This document shows positions 38,769 to 49,714 of a stretch of 64,000 nt of DNA, piece after piece (position 1 is the stretch's first letter; each line of letters starts with the position of its first letter). Location: contig OY729427.2 of NCBI GenBank assembly GCA_963422375.2, positions 896,001 through 960,000 on the forward strand, written 5' to 3'. This DNA comes from Bryobacterales bacterium (GTDB taxonomy: Bacteria > Acidobacteriota > Terriglobia > Bryobacterales > UBA6623). The translations under genes and the position numbers were made by a program. A model generated the notes under the pieces. The model made no database searches, was not told where the DNA came from, and saw only the letters and a list, made by a program, of their open reading frames with translations.

Positions 38769-41700
38769 CTACCGCACGGCGATCTTCGCGGCGTTGCTGG
38801 TCGCGCCGTGGATCTCCAGTTGGAGATCCAAGTCGCCCGGCGGCGCGTTCGGCGGGACAGTGAACCGCACCTGGCCGAGGCCCACGGCACCCGGAAGGGT
38901 GCCGCTGAACGCAACGCGGGCGGCCAGCCCGCCGACTCTCACCGTCGGAGCATGGCGGGTCGGGTTGGGCTCCGAGCCCGAGACGCCCGTCAGCGCGCGG
39001 CGGACGAGGGGGCCGAGCCCGGTCACGTGCGCCGTCACCTCTCCGCCAGGGCGGGCGGGGCGCGCGCGGTCCACCGGGGAGCCGTCCGGATGCCACAGGG
39101 CGGCGAGGCCCTGCCCGGGGACATCGCGCAGATAGATGCCCGGCGCGGCATCCGCGAGATCGATCGAGACGGGCTCGGAGGCGAACTCGAATCCGAGCCG
39201 GTCGCGAACGCGGACTTTCAGCACGGCGAAGTTCAGCCCGGCGAACTCCCACGGAACCTGCACGCGCACCTCTCGCTCGCCGACGGCCACGACCGGGGCG
39301 GCCACGCTCAGACCCTCGTCGGGGTAGTCGAAGCTCGCGCTCACCGCCTTGAGCGCGAGCGGCGCCGGGGAATGCGGCGACTCGCCCGGAAAGGCGGCCA
39401 GCCCGGCGCCGAGGACAGCGATGATGGAACCCGGAGCGACCGGGAGCCCGAATTCGCGCCCGGCATCGTTCGTGACCCCCGCGATGTGCGGCCGCGGCCG
39501 GGCCGCCTCGAACCGGAACGGGATCTCGAGGCCCCCGCCCGCGGCGACGACCTCCTGCAACCCGGGCGCGCCCCCGAATTCCACGACGGCGCTAGCCACG
39601 CCGAACTCGTCCGTCGCAACGGACCCGGACTGGATGCGCGCGGCCCCTTGGCGGACGGAGAACCGCACCGGAAGGCTCGGCACCGGGGCGCCGAACCTGT
39701 CGACGAACTTACCCGCCAGCTCCCGCACGGCGACCTCGCCCGCCAAGCCGCGCTCGAAGCCGTCGGAGAGCGCGAAGGAGTTGTGCGGCACCCCGTCCCC
39801 GACGACGTAGAGATACGGGACGCGGAGATCGCCGCCGCCGGCCTCGCGCGAAACTCTCAGATGCCCCTCGTACGATCCCGGCGCAGGGAGGCGGCCGTTC
39901 AGAGTGACTCTCAGCCTCGCGAACTGGCCGGGCTCCAGCCGGAAATCGACTTCCCTGTAGCCGTCCACCGTCACCGCCGCTCGCTCCTCGACGTCCCTCG
40001 CCTCGACAGCGACGCGATACGCGTGGGTCGCGCTGCCGCGATTCGTGACCAGCACCTCCTGCCACGCCGGAAATCGAGCGCCGTCCAAGACGCCGAACCC
40101 GACCACGGGAGGCTCGACCGTCGCGATCGGCCCCGACGCCTTGGCCAGGTCGAGCAGGCCGGCTCCGACGGAGGCCGCGCGAGCGATCTCCCCGTCTTCC
40201 ATCACGGCCCGGCTGGCGGTGTTGATCAGGGCCGACGACACCTCCCGGGCGGTGAGATCGGGCAGAGCCTCCCACACGAGCGCGGCGGCGCCCGCCACCA
40301 CGGGCGCCGCCATGCTGGTCCCGCTGGCGCCGCGGAAACCGGTCGGGCTGAACGATCCGCCTCCCCCGTTACGCCTCTCGGAGGCGGCGGTGTAGACATG
40401 GTCTCCGGGCGCCGCGATATCCGGCTTGAGGTTCAGGCCCGGCGACGGCCCCCTCGCGCTGTACGGGGCGACCCGTCTCCAGTCCTGCTGTCGGCTCGAG
40501 AGCGCGGCGTCCAAGGTGACGCTAGCGGGCCGACCGGACGGCGAACTGCGGGCCAGTGAAAGAAGCGAGGCCCCGTCCCTCGCTCCGACGAAGTAGGCCG
40601 GGATGTCGGTGTCCGCGATCAGCGCCATGACCTGCAACTCGTCCGAGGCGTAGCTGTCGTAGACGACCGCACCGACAGCCCCGGCGGCGTCGACGTGCTC
40701 GACCTTGTCGAGGAAGTCGCAGCTCCCCCGCTGAATCAGCACGATTCGGTCATCCAGCGGGCTTCCGTGGAACGGTCGGCATGCGAGCGGGTCGCCGGCG
40801 TCGGCCGCGACGGCCAGCGGAGCGGTCAGCTGGCCGTCCACCTGCGGGCCCGAGCCGCTGAGGGCCGGCGCATCCAGCGGCCCCGAGCGGACGCGCTGCA
40901 CGAACCGCTTCGAGTTGGCGGTGGCGGCGACGGCGATCACGTCCGGAGCGACCGCCGGGGAGGCAATGGTGTTCCTAGCCGGATTCGACTGCAACCCGTT
41001 CCAGCCCGCGTTCCCCGCGGCGGCGACCACCACCCGCCCGAAATCGACCACCGCGCTCTGCGCCGCCACGGCCAGCGGATCGCAGTCCAAGGAATCCGCG
41101 AAGAGGCCGCAGGCGCCGCCGTAGGCATTCCATGCCAAGCGGGCAGGAGCTCCCAAGCTCAGATTCAGGATGTCCATGCCGTCGGTGATAGCGTCGTCGA
41201 TGGCGGCGATCACCGCCGCCGACGTGGGTTCGGAGTTGACTCCCTCGGTGCCAATGACCTTGTAGACGCCGAGGTAGGCCTTGGGCGCGATGCCCTCCAA
41301 GGACCCGGCGGGCGATTCAACGCGGGCACCGGCCGCGATCATCGCGACGGCGGTGCCGTGCCCGCGGGTGTCGCGCGGCGAACGGTCGTCCGGCGTAGAC
41401 GTACGGGGATCCCCGGAGTTGCGCAGGTGCATGTACGACCGCACCGCGATGACCTTGCGACTGGCGAACCGCAGGTCGGCGGGCCTGCCCCGGGGATACC
41501 CGGGAACTGCCGGCAGGGACTCGTCCCTAAATGCCGGATGGTCGAAGTCGAGGCCCGAATCGATGATCGCTATCCTCACGCCCGCGCCGGTGCCTCGCCC
41601 GCTCGCCCGGGCAGCAGCGAGACCCACGACCTGCGCGACCCCGTCAAGCTGGAACCGGAGCCGGCGGCTTCGCGCGACGACGCGCACTCCCGGAACTTCC

Positions 41701-42065
41701 GCGACGGCCTCCGCTTGCGACTGCGCGGCGCGGATAAACACCGCGTTGAGGACGTTTCTCACGGAGCCGACCACCTCGACGCCCCTGGCCTCCAGGACTG
41801 CGATGACAGGGTCCTGGCTGCGGGCCACCGCCCGGGCCAAGGTGGCGAAGCTGGACGCTGCGACGCGCGCCGGCACGCGGCTCGCGCCCTTGGCTCGCGA
41901 CATCGAGATGCGCCGTCCCGCCGAGGGTGCTTCCAGGACAACCGTGTACAGGGACCGGTCCGCCGCCGCGTCCGCGAGCGACGCGCCGAGCAAGAGGGCG
42001 CCGATCGCGGCGACGAGAAGCCTGGGGGCGGCGTCGGGGATCGGTCGGGCCACGGGCAAGCGCAT
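38769..42065 (-). CDS. Subtilisin-like S8 serine peptidase (Vpr-like) with I9 propeptide, PA domain, Ig-like domain and TIGR03437-type C-terminal domain
   Basis: Catalytic triad motifs IIDSG, GHGTAVA, SGTSMAAP; PA domain LIQRGSCDFLDKV; C-terminal VAPGSII...QVPWE...TGLG...GLGQVRFTVP. Start uncertain. Confidence 0.9.
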   Translation of the reverse strand: MRLPVARPIPDAAPRLLVAAIGALLLGASLADAAADRSLYTVVLEAPSAGRRISMSRAKGASRVPARVAASSFATLARAVARSQDPVIAVLEARGVEVVGSVRNVLNAVFIRAAQSQAEAVAEVPGVRVVARSRRLRFQLDGVAQVVGLAAARASGRGTGAGVRIAIIDSGLDFDHPAFRDESLPAVPGYPRGRPADLRFASRKVIAVRSYMHLRNSGDPRTSTPDDRSPRDTRGHGTAVAMIAAGARVESPAGSLEGIAPKAYLGVYKVIGTEGVNSEPTSAAVIAAIDDAITDGMDILNLSLGAPARLAWNAYGGACGLFADSLDCDPLAVAAQSAVVDFGRVVVAAAGNAGWNGLQSNPARNTIASPAVAPDVIAVAATANSKRFVQRVRSGPLDAPALSGSGPQVDGQLTAPLAVAADAGDPLACRPFHGSPLDDRIVLIQRGSCDFLDKVEHVDAAGAVGAVVYDSYASDELQVMALIADTDIPAYFVGARDGASLLSLARSSPSGRPASVTLDAALSSRQQDWRRVAPYSARGPSPGLNLKPDIAAPGDHVYTAASERRNGGGGSFSPTGFRGASGTSMAAPVVAGAAALVWEALPDLTAREVSSALINTASRAVMEDGEIARAASVGAGLLDLAKASGPIATVEPPVVGFGVLDGARFPAWQEVLVTNRGSATHAYRVAVEARDVEERAAVTVDGYREVDFRLEPGQFARLRVTLNGRLPAPGSYEGHLRVSREAGGGDLRVPYLYVVGDGVPHNSFALSDGFERGLAGEVAVRELAGKFVDRFGAPVPSLPVRFSVRQGAARIQSGSVATDEFGVASAVVEFGGAPGLQEVVAAGGGLEIPFRFEAARPRPHIAGVTNDAGREFGLPVAPGSIIAVLGAGLAAFPGESPHSPAPLALKAVSASFDYPDEGLSVAAPVVAVGEREVRVQVPWEFAGLNFAVLKVRVRDRLGFEFASEPVSIDLADAAPGIYLRDVPGQGLAALWHPDGSPVDRARPARPGGEVTAHVTGLGPLVRRALTGVSGSEPNPTRHAPTVRVGGLAARVAFSGTLPGAVGLGQVRFTVPPNAPPGDLDLQLEIHGATSNAAKIAVR

Positions 42066-42138
42066 CTCGGAGTTGGACTCGCTTCGAAGCGCGCGGGTTT
42101 CGCAGGCCGGCTGACGGCGTCCGTACAATGGGACTCCG

Positions 42139-43599
42139 ATGCTCGGTATACGAGCTGCGGCCTTGGGGCTCGGGCTGCTGGCCTGCGTCGAGCTGCTGCC
42201 CGCCCAAGCCGACTACCGAGTCTACCGGGATCACCCCAGGCTGTTCCTCGACGCCGGGAGGCTGGCAAGGCTGCGCAAGGACGTCAGTCGCCGGACGCAG
42301 CGCTGGCTGTCACTCCGCGCGTTGGCGGATGCGGGGACGCGATTCCCGGAGCGGCCCCTTGTCCACGCCCTGCTGTTCCAAGCCAGCGGATCCGAGGAGT
42401 CCGGCCGCGCCGCGGTCGAATGGAGCCTGGCGCTGGCGGGACGCGGCATAAGGGACGCCAGCGACCTGCGCCTGGCGGCACTCGCCTACGACTGGTGCCA
42501 CGGCCTGCTCGACGAGGGATCGCGCGATGCATTGGGGTCGGCGATGGCCGGAGCCGTCAGCGCCATCCTGCCCCGAGCGGGCCTCGACGTGGGTCTCGTC
42601 AGGGCGGGCGTCCTCGCGTCGATCACCCTGGCGGGGGACTGGGAGGGGGCTGAGCCCGCGCTCGCCGCGCTGATCGGCACGCACTGGGACGGGGACATCC
42701 GCCCCGCCCTGGCAGCGGGAGGGTTGACCGACAGCGGGGCGGACCTAGTCGCCGTGCTTGAAACCAGCCTCGCCGTCCGCCACAACTTGGAGACGGACCT
42801 GCTGCTCCCGGCCACCGAGGCCCTCGCCTCGCTGGTCCGCACCAGGCTGCTGAGCTACTACCCTGTCGACATCGAAACGCCCGAGGGCGTCGCGCGCCGC
42901 CCGTCGCGGTTCGGCGCCGACGATGCCCGGGCCCGCCTGCAAGCGCCGCTGTACCGCCTGGCGGACCTCCTGCTGGTCGCGTACGAAGCGAACCTGCGGG
43001 AGTTCCAGTTCGTGCAGGGCTGGCTGCGCGACGACAGCTATCTGCTGCGATCCCCCATGGCAGCGCCGTACGAGTTCCTGTGGGGCAATCCCTACCTTCC
43101 GGGCCTGACACCCCAGTCGGCCCCGACCCTCGCGCATGACCCCGTCCGGGGGCGCCTGTACGCCAGGGCGGACTGGCAGCGGCCGACGACCTGGATCGGG
43201 TACGCCGACGGGCGGCTGGAGATCCTGTCCGGCGGGCGGGTCGCGGCGAGCGACAGCCTGGAGGGCCTGGCGCCCCTCTACTTTCCCGACGCCGTGGTGG
43301 TGCCGGTCAGGCCCCCGGCAAGGGTCACCCTGTCCTGGCTGCCCGCCGGCGAGCCAGCGCCGGAACAGGCCAAGATCTACATCATCGGCCTGCGAGCGGG
43401 AGAGACCTACGGGCTCAAGGTCGGCCGGCGCCCGCCGCGGCTCGTCGACGCAGGGCCCGGCGGGATTCTCGTCCTGCGCAGCGACCCGAACGCCCCCAAG
43501 CGGAACCGAATCGACCTGCGCCGGAAGGTCCGGCTCGAGTTGCAGCCGACGCTCAAGCCGACCGATCCGACGCGGCCCCGCCCCACGCTCGGCCGTTGA
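42139..43599 (+). CDS. Hypothetical exported protein (possible alpha/alpha-toroid, heparinase-like N-terminus)
   Basis: Signal peptide, HPRLFL, LALAYDWC, YARADW; family assignment tentative. Confidence 0.65.
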   Translation: MLGIRAAALGLGLLACVELLPAQADYRVYRDHPRLFLDAGRLARLRKDVSRRTQRWLSLRALADAGTRFPERPLVHALLFQASGSEESGRAAVEWSLALAGRGIRDASDLRLAALAYDWCHGLLDEGSRDALGSAMAGAVSAILPRAGLDVGLVRAGVLASITLAGDWEGAEPALAALIGTHWDGDIRPALAAGGLTDSGADLVAVLETSLAVRHNLETDLLLPATEALASLVRTRLLSYYPVDIETPEGVARRPSRFGADDARARLQAPLYRLADLLLVAYEANLREFQFVQGWLRDDSYLLRSPMAAPYEFLWGNPYLPGLTPQSAPTLAHDPVRGRLYARADWQRPTTWIGYADGRLEILSGGRVAASDSLEGLAPLYFPDAVVVPVRPPARVTLSWLPAGEPAPEQAKIYIIGLRAGETYGLKVGRRPPRLVDAGPGGILVLRSDPNAPKRNRIDLRRKVRLELQPTLKPTDPTRPRPTLGR

Positions 43600-43615
43600 A
43601 TCAGGCGCGCCCCGC

Positions 43616-44287
43616 TCAGGCCGCCCGGCGGGCGGAAGGGCAGAGAGCATTCAGACCGCACTCCTCGCAGCTAGGCTTGCGCGCGCGGCAGACCCTGCGA
43701 CCGTGGTGGATGACCTGGTGCGAGAAAGGCACCCAGCGCGTCCGCGGCAGCAATTCCATCAGGACCTTCTCGATCTTCTTCGGATCCTCGTGCTTCGCCA
43801 GCCCCAGGCGGCGCGAGATCCGCCGCACGTGCGTGTCGACGACCACGCCCGTCGCCTTGCCGAACCACGTGCCTGTCACCACATTGGCGGTCTTCCGCGC
43901 GACTCCGGGCAGGGTCAGCAGCTGCTCCATCCTGGAAGGCACCCGGCCGTGGAACTCCGTCACGATCCGCTGGGCCGAGCCTTTCAGCGACTTCGCCTTG
44001 TTGCGAAAGAACCCGGTGCTGCGAACCAGCTCCTCGATCCTCTCGATCGGAGCCGCGGCCATCGCGGCGACGGTCGGATAAGCCGCGAAGAGGCCGGGCG
44101 TGACTTGGTTGACGCGGTCGTCGGTGCATTGGGCCGAGAGGATCGTCGCCACGAGGAGCTCCCACGCGCTGCCGTGCCGCAAGGCGCACTCGGCTCGCGG
44201 ATAGTCCCTGTCCAGCTGCCGGACAATCTTCCGCGCACGGCGCTTCCGGGCCTCGTCGGATTCGGCCGGCGCGTCCGAGGCGTGCAT
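43616..44287 (-). CDS. nth: Endonuclease III
   Basis: LVATILSAQCTDDRVN, HhH LPGVARKTANVV, VDTHV, C-x6-C-x2-C-x5-C 4Fe-4S motif. Confidence 0.96.
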   Translation of the reverse strand: MHASDAPAESDEARKRRARKIVRQLDRDYPRAECALRHGSAWELLVATILSAQCTDDRVNQVTPGLFAAYPTVAAMAAAPIERIEELVRSTGFFRNKAKSLKGSAQRIVTEFHGRVPSRMEQLLTLPGVARKTANVVTGTWFGKATGVVVDTHVRRISRRLGLAKHEDPKKIEKVLMELLPRTRWVPFSHQVIHHGRRVCRARKPSCEECGLNALCPSARRAA

Positions 44288-44318
44288 CGAGGCCATGGTA
44301 GACGACCGCCCGCCGGGA

Positions 44319-45860
44319 CTAGCCCCGGCGGAGCGTTGCCCGCAGCTCCGTCTCGTACGCGGAAAGCTCCGCATCCTCGCGCGCCGCGCTCCAGCCCAGG
44401 GCCGACCGGCAGATCGCGGCGGCGGCTTCCGCCCAGCGCGGCTCGTAGTCCGGATCGTGAGCGAGCCCCGTGCGCCGCAGCAGGATGTCGCCAAGCGTGC
44501 GCGCCTTCTCCCTCTGCACGGCGAAGAGCACCTCGCCGCGCGTGACTTCGCACCCGCGGGCAAGCGGCCGCGCCAGCTCCGGGGCCGACTCCAGGAAGCG
44601 CAGCAGCGCGGGAGCGCGCGGGCCGTACATCGACGCGACCCGCGGCGGCACGCCGTCCAGTCGAGGAATCGCGGAGATGGCGCCGGCGCGCGACGCCGGC
44701 AGGCGCAATTTGCGCCGGGCCTGGCGCAGGGTCCGGGCAGCGAGCGACGGGGCGGTGGTGAGCTTCCCGCCGGCCATGGTAATCAGACCCAGGATGCGGT
44801 CGTCCCGCTCGTGGTCGACAACGGCGTAGCCGCGCGTCGCCCGGTTCAGGTCGCCCGCGGGCGCCCGCAAGAGGGGCCGCGAGCCGGAATACGAGTAGAG
44901 GATCGACTGGGGCCCTACCGCGGCACCGGGACACAGGTCGTTGGTCTCGGCGAGGAGGTAGAGAATTTCCTCGGCCAAGGGAATCGCGCTGTCGGGACTG
45001 CCCGCGAATCTCGTCTCCGTCGTCCCAATAAGGTAGAGCCCCCGCCACGGCACGATGAAGAACGGACGGCCGTCCGAACGCGCCTCGCGGTACACGGCGT
45101 GCCGTGGCGCACCGGGAAAGGCCCTGATGACAATGTGCGCTCCGTTCACGAGCGCCAGCAGCGGACGCGCCCGGAACGGGTCCAAGAGTCCGAGCACGCG
45201 GTCGACCCACGCCCCCGCGGCGTTCACGACGAGCCCTGCGGAGAGCTCTCCCGCGGCCCCCTCACGCTCGAACCGCACTCCCAGGACGCGCGGGCCGTCC
45301 ATCAGGAAACCCGTGACGCGGGCGTGATTGCAGACCTCGGCACCGTTCTCCTCGGCCTGGAGCGCCATCTCGAGGGCGAGCCGCTCCGGGTAGGCGGCTT
45401 GGCAGTCGTAATACGCAAAGCCCCCCCGCAGGCCGCGCGGATTCAGGCCGGGCGCGATCACGAGCGCCTCGCGGGCGCTCACCAAGCGGTGATGGGGCAA
45501 GCGTCCGCCGGCGGAAAGGCCCTCGTATACGGCCATCCCCAATGCGAGGTACCACGGCGGCCGGGAATCGCCCGCATACACCGGGAGCAGGAAGGCCTGC
45601 GGCGCGACCTGGCCCGGGAACTCGCGCAGCAGGACCTCGCGGTCGCGCAGCGACTCGCGCACCAGCGAGAACTGGAAGCGCTCCAAATAGCGCAGCCCGC
45701 CGTGGATCAGGCGCGTGGAGCGGCTGGTGGTCCCGGATCCGAAATCGCGCTTCTCAAGCAGGACCGTCCGAAAGCCGCTCCGCGCAGCCGCGCGAGCCAG
45801 CGCGCAGCCGTTGATGCCGCCGCCGACTATAGCCAAGTCATAATGGCCCGTTGCGACCAT
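44319..45860 (-). CDS. glpD: FAD-dependent glycerol-3-phosphate dehydrogenase/oxidase
   Basis: IVGGGING, DFGSGTTSRSTRLIHGGLRYLE, VNAAGAWVD, GGKLTT, LRRTGL. Confidence 0.9.
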   Translation of the reverse strand: MVATGHYDLAIVGGGINGCALARAAARSGFRTVLLEKRDFGSGTTSRSTRLIHGGLRYLERFQFSLVRESLRDREVLLREFPGQVAPQAFLLPVYAGDSRPPWYLALGMAVYEGLSAGGRLPHHRLVSAREALVIAPGLNPRGLRGGFAYYDCQAAYPERLALEMALQAEENGAEVCNHARVTGFLMDGPRVLGVRFEREGAAGELSAGLVVNAAGAWVDRVLGLLDPFRARPLLALVNGAHIVIRAFPGAPRHAVYREARSDGRPFFIVPWRGLYLIGTTETRFAGSPDSAIPLAEEILYLLAETNDLCPGAAVGPQSILYSYSGSRPLLRAPAGDLNRATRGYAVVDHERDDRILGLITMAGGKLTTAPSLAARTLRQARRKLRLPASRAGAISAIPRLDGVPPRVASMYGPRAPALLRFLESAPELARPLARGCEVTRGEVLFAVQREKARTLGDILLRRTGLAHDPDYEPRWAEAAAAICRSALGWSAAREDAELSAYETELRATLRRG

Positions 45861-45933
45861 TTTTCAACATAGCAGCGGCCCGCAAGGGATCCGCGGCCCG
45901 TGCAGGCGCTCGGCCGTGAGATCGGAATGATTC

Positions 45934-46863
45934 GTGGCCGAGCTGCGCACGGACCTTTGCGGCATCGGACTGCGGAATCCCGTCATCGCCGCCAGCGGAA
46001 CATTCGGCTACGGCCTGGAGTTCGAGACGCAGGCGGACCCGGGGCGCCTAGGGGCGATCGCGGTCAAGGGCATCTCGCGCGAGCCGCTCGAAGGAAACCC
46101 GGCCCCGCGCCTGGCCGAGACCGCCTCGGGCATGCTGAATTCGGTCGGGTTGCAGAACGTCGGGGTCCGGGCGTTCGCGCGGGACAAGCTGCCACGGCTC
46201 GCCCGGCTCGGCGTCCCGGTCATCGCCAACGTATTCGGGTTCCGCATCGAGGATTACGTCGAAGTCCTGCGGGTTCTCGAGGACCAAGACGGCCTGGCGG
46301 CCTACGAGCTCAACGTCTCCTGCCCCAACACGCATCGCGGCGGACTCGAGTTCGGGTCCAGCGCCGCGGCATTGCACGAAGCCGTCGCGGCGGCGAGGTC
46401 GGCCGTCCGGCGGCGGCCGCTGCTGGTCAAGCTCTCTCCGAACGTCGCGGACATCGCGGACATGGCCAGAGCAGCGGTCGCGGCGGGCGCGGACGGGCTC
46501 AGCCTGATCAACACCCTGCGCGGCCTCGCCGTCGACGCCCGGTCGGGGCGGCCCCTGCTCGGCACCGGCTACGGCGGCCTGTCGGGCCCGGCGATCAAGC
46601 CCGTCGCGCTGTACATGGTGCATAGGGTCGCGCAAGCCGTCGACGTGCCGGTCGTGGGCATGGGCGGGGCGGCAACGGCGGACGACGTTGCGGAGTTCAT
46701 CCTGTGCGGAGCCGCAGCGGTACAAGTCGGCACCGCCAGCTTCTGGGATCCGGGTCGGACAGCGGCGCTGGCCGGGGAACTCGGTGCGTTCCTCGACGGC
46801 GCGGGCTGGACGAGCGTCGACGAGATGCGCGGGGCGCTCGAGTTCCCGCGCCGCGATGCCTAG
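45934..46863 (+). CDS. pyrD: Dihydroorotate dehydrogenase, family 1 catalytic subunit
   Basis: ASGTFGYG, GMLNSVGLQN, ELNVSCPN, VKLSPN, INT, GGLSGPAIKP. Confidence 0.94.
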   Translation: MAELRTDLCGIGLRNPVIAASGTFGYGLEFETQADPGRLGAIAVKGISREPLEGNPAPRLAETASGMLNSVGLQNVGVRAFARDKLPRLARLGVPVIANVFGFRIEDYVEVLRVLEDQDGLAAYELNVSCPNTHRGGLEFGSSAAALHEAVAAARSAVRRRPLLVKLSPNVADIADMARAAVAAGADGLSLINTLRGLAVDARSGRPLLGTGYGGLSGPAIKPVALYMVHRVAQAVDVPVVGMGGAATADDVAEFILCGAAAVQVGTASFWDPGRTAALAGELGAFLDGAGWTSVDEMRGALEFPRRDA

Positions 46864-48697
46864 CGCCGGCAGGTCGCGCTTCTCGCCGCCGTTGCGCCCC
46901 GCCTGGCAACCTGCTACGGTCTCTCTAGAGCTCGACGTCACCTACAGCCTCTCGCGTCGCACGGCGGTCGCGAGTAACGGGGTTGGATATGGCCTGCAGG
47001 CTCATGGCTCTTTGCCTCTTGGCAGCGCTCGGTGTCTGTCAAGCCCAGCTGGCCGAAGCGGGCGACAGCGCTTCGCTGCGAGGTCCGGCGGCGGAGCAGC
47101 CCGGTCCAGCAAGTGCTGGCGCGGGGCGACGCAGGGGCGGCCGGCTCGCTCTCCGAGCTCCAGGCCGGCGAGATCGAGAAGCTCCTGGAGCAGCTCGCCG
47201 AAGGACTCGTCTCCGGCACTCCGATCTCGCGCGACAGCGTCGCCCCGGACTTTCGCGGCACGCCGCTCGGCCCGGCAGCTGAGGAGCTAGCCCGTTCGCA
47301 GGACGGGCTGGAGACGTTCCGCGGCACGCCGCCTACCGATCCGTCGATCACGCCAAGTTCAAGATCGTGAGCATCGAGCCGCGGGGCGAGAACGCCGCGC
47401 GCACGACCTTGCGTTTCCAGCTGTCGGGCGCGACGAACGGGGGGCATCGCGAGCAGCTCGACGCCGAGTGGCGCTGCGACTGGCGGAAATCGCCCTTGGG
47501 CCAACGGCAGCTGGCGGGACTGGCGGCCGGCCCGAGCGAGCGAAGCCGCGCAACGGTCGCGGTATTCAACGATGTCTCGGAGTCGGCCTTCGGACATAAC
47601 GCTTCCTACCAGCGGCAGCTGAAATTCGGCACGCAAGTCTGGCGGACCAGAATGGACGCCGCCTCGGGCATGGACGTCTACGGCCAGCGGGGACTGGCGG
47701 TCGGGGACTTCAACGGGGACGGGCTCGAGGACTTCTACCTCACGCAGCCGGGGGGACTACCGAACCGGCTGTTCCGCAACCTAGGCCACGGAAGCTTCGC
47801 CGACTTCAGCGCCGAGGCCGGCGTCGACGCCCTGGACGGCTCCTCGGCCGCGTTCTTCGCGGACATCGACAACAACGGGACGCAAGACCTGATCGTCATC
47901 CTTTCCGTCGGCCATCCGATCCTGTTCCTGAACGACGGACGCGGCACGTTCCGGCTGTCGCCGGACGGATTTCCCCCGGGCGTCAAGCCGGGGGCGGTCG
48001 GCGGCTGCATCGGAGACTACGATCGCGACGGATTCCTGGATCTGTACGTGACCGCGTATCTGTGGCCGAACGCGGCCTCGCAGCTCCCGCGCCCCTACTA
48101 CGACGCCACGAACGGCCCCCCGAACGTTCTCTACCGCAATCCGGGGACCGGCGCGTTCGAGAACGCGACGGCCGACGCGGGGCTGGAGGAGAACAACGAC
48201 CGGTTCAGCCACGCATGCGCCTGGGGCGATTACGACCAGGACGGATGGCCCGATCTCTTCGTGGCCAACGACTTCGGCCGCAAGAACGTCTATCGCAACC
48301 GAGGCGACGGAGGCTTCCGGGACATCGCCGCGGAGGCAGGCATCGAGGATCCCGGAGCCGGCATGAGCGTCGCGCTGGGCGACTACGACGGCGACGGGAG
48401 GGAGGACGTCTATTTCGGCAACATGTGGTCGTCGGCGGGGCGCCGGGTCACGGCGCAGCGGGACTTCAAGAGCGCCAGCCCCGGGGCCCCACGCACATTT
48501 ACCGCCGGCATGCGCGCGGCAACTCCCTGTACCGGAACGAGCTCCGCCGCTTCGCCGACGTAACTCTCGAGTCCGGCGTGGAACTGGGCCGCTGGGCGTG
48601 GTGCTCGGACTTCGTGGACTTCGACAACGACGGCCGTCTCGACATCTACGTCGTCAACGGCTTCGTCACCGGGACCGAGGGACAGGCCCCCGATCTT

Positions 48698-48740
48698 TGA
48701 AGCTTCTTCTGGCGGCAGGTCGTGTCGTCCTCCCCCGAGG
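48698..48740 (+). promoter_or_regulatory. In-frame UGA plus candidate bacterial SECIS hairpin
   Basis: TGA(48698-700) AGCTTCTTCT GGCGGCA-GGTCG-TGTCGTC: 7-bp stem with two G-U pairs and a GG-initiated loop starting 18 nt after UGA; GCAGGTC core identical to the E. coli fdhF SECIS. Confidence 0.6.
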
Positions 48741-49714
48741 ATCGCGCCCGCTCCTCGCGATACGAGCGCAGCTGGGCGCTGCTCTACAGGCTGATCCGCC
48801 TCAGCGGGCACGAGCGGAACGTGCTGTACTGGAATCGCGGCGACGGCACCTTCGCGGACCTGTCGGCGGTCGCCGGCCTGGACTTCCCCGAGGACGGCCG
48901 CGCGTTCGTCACGTTCGATTTCGACCGCGACGGAGATCTCGACATCCTCCTGAACAATCGGAACTCCCCGCAGTTGCGGCTGCTGCGCAACGACTTCGCG
49001 ACATCCCATTCCTCCGTGGCCGTCCGGCTCGAGGGCACCGAGAGCAACCGGGACGGCATCGGCGCGAGGCCGGTGCTCGAGACCGCCTCCGGGCGGCGCC
49101 TCGCGAGATCCGTGCGCAGCGGCTCGGGCTTCCGGTCGCAGCCCTCCCGGACGGCGCATTTCGGCCTGGGCAGCGAAGAAGAGGTCGGCGAGCTCACGAT
49201 TCACTGGCCGTCGGGGCGGCGGGACCGCCACCGGGGGGTCCCGGCCGGACACCTCGTGTCCCTGAAGGAAGGGAGGCGCGACGTAGCCGCGGTTCCGTTC
49301 GAGGCCCCGACCGCGACCGCGCCGCCCGCCCGCCGGAGCCCGCACGACCGCCGAGCCGAACGGGCGTCTGGCTGACGGAGGCCACCCCGGCCCCGCAGCT
49401 GCGCGGACGGACGCTGGACGGCGAGCGGATTCGCCCGGAAGCTTACCGCGGCCGGCGGCTGCTGCTCAATTTCTGGGCGACCTGGTGCGCGCCGTGCAAC
49501 ACCGAGCTGGCGGACTTCGCCCAGCACCGCGCCGATTTCGAACGCGCCTCGCTGCTGCCGTTGCTAGTGTCGGTCGACGAGCCGGGCGAGGTCGAGACCG
49601 TGGGCCGCTACGCGCGAGAGAAGCAGCTGCCGTTCCCGGTCCTGCTTCCCGACAAGGGCACCGTGACCGCGTTCGACCTGCTGGTCCGCCATGTTCTCGA
49701 CCAGTCGGCCGAGC

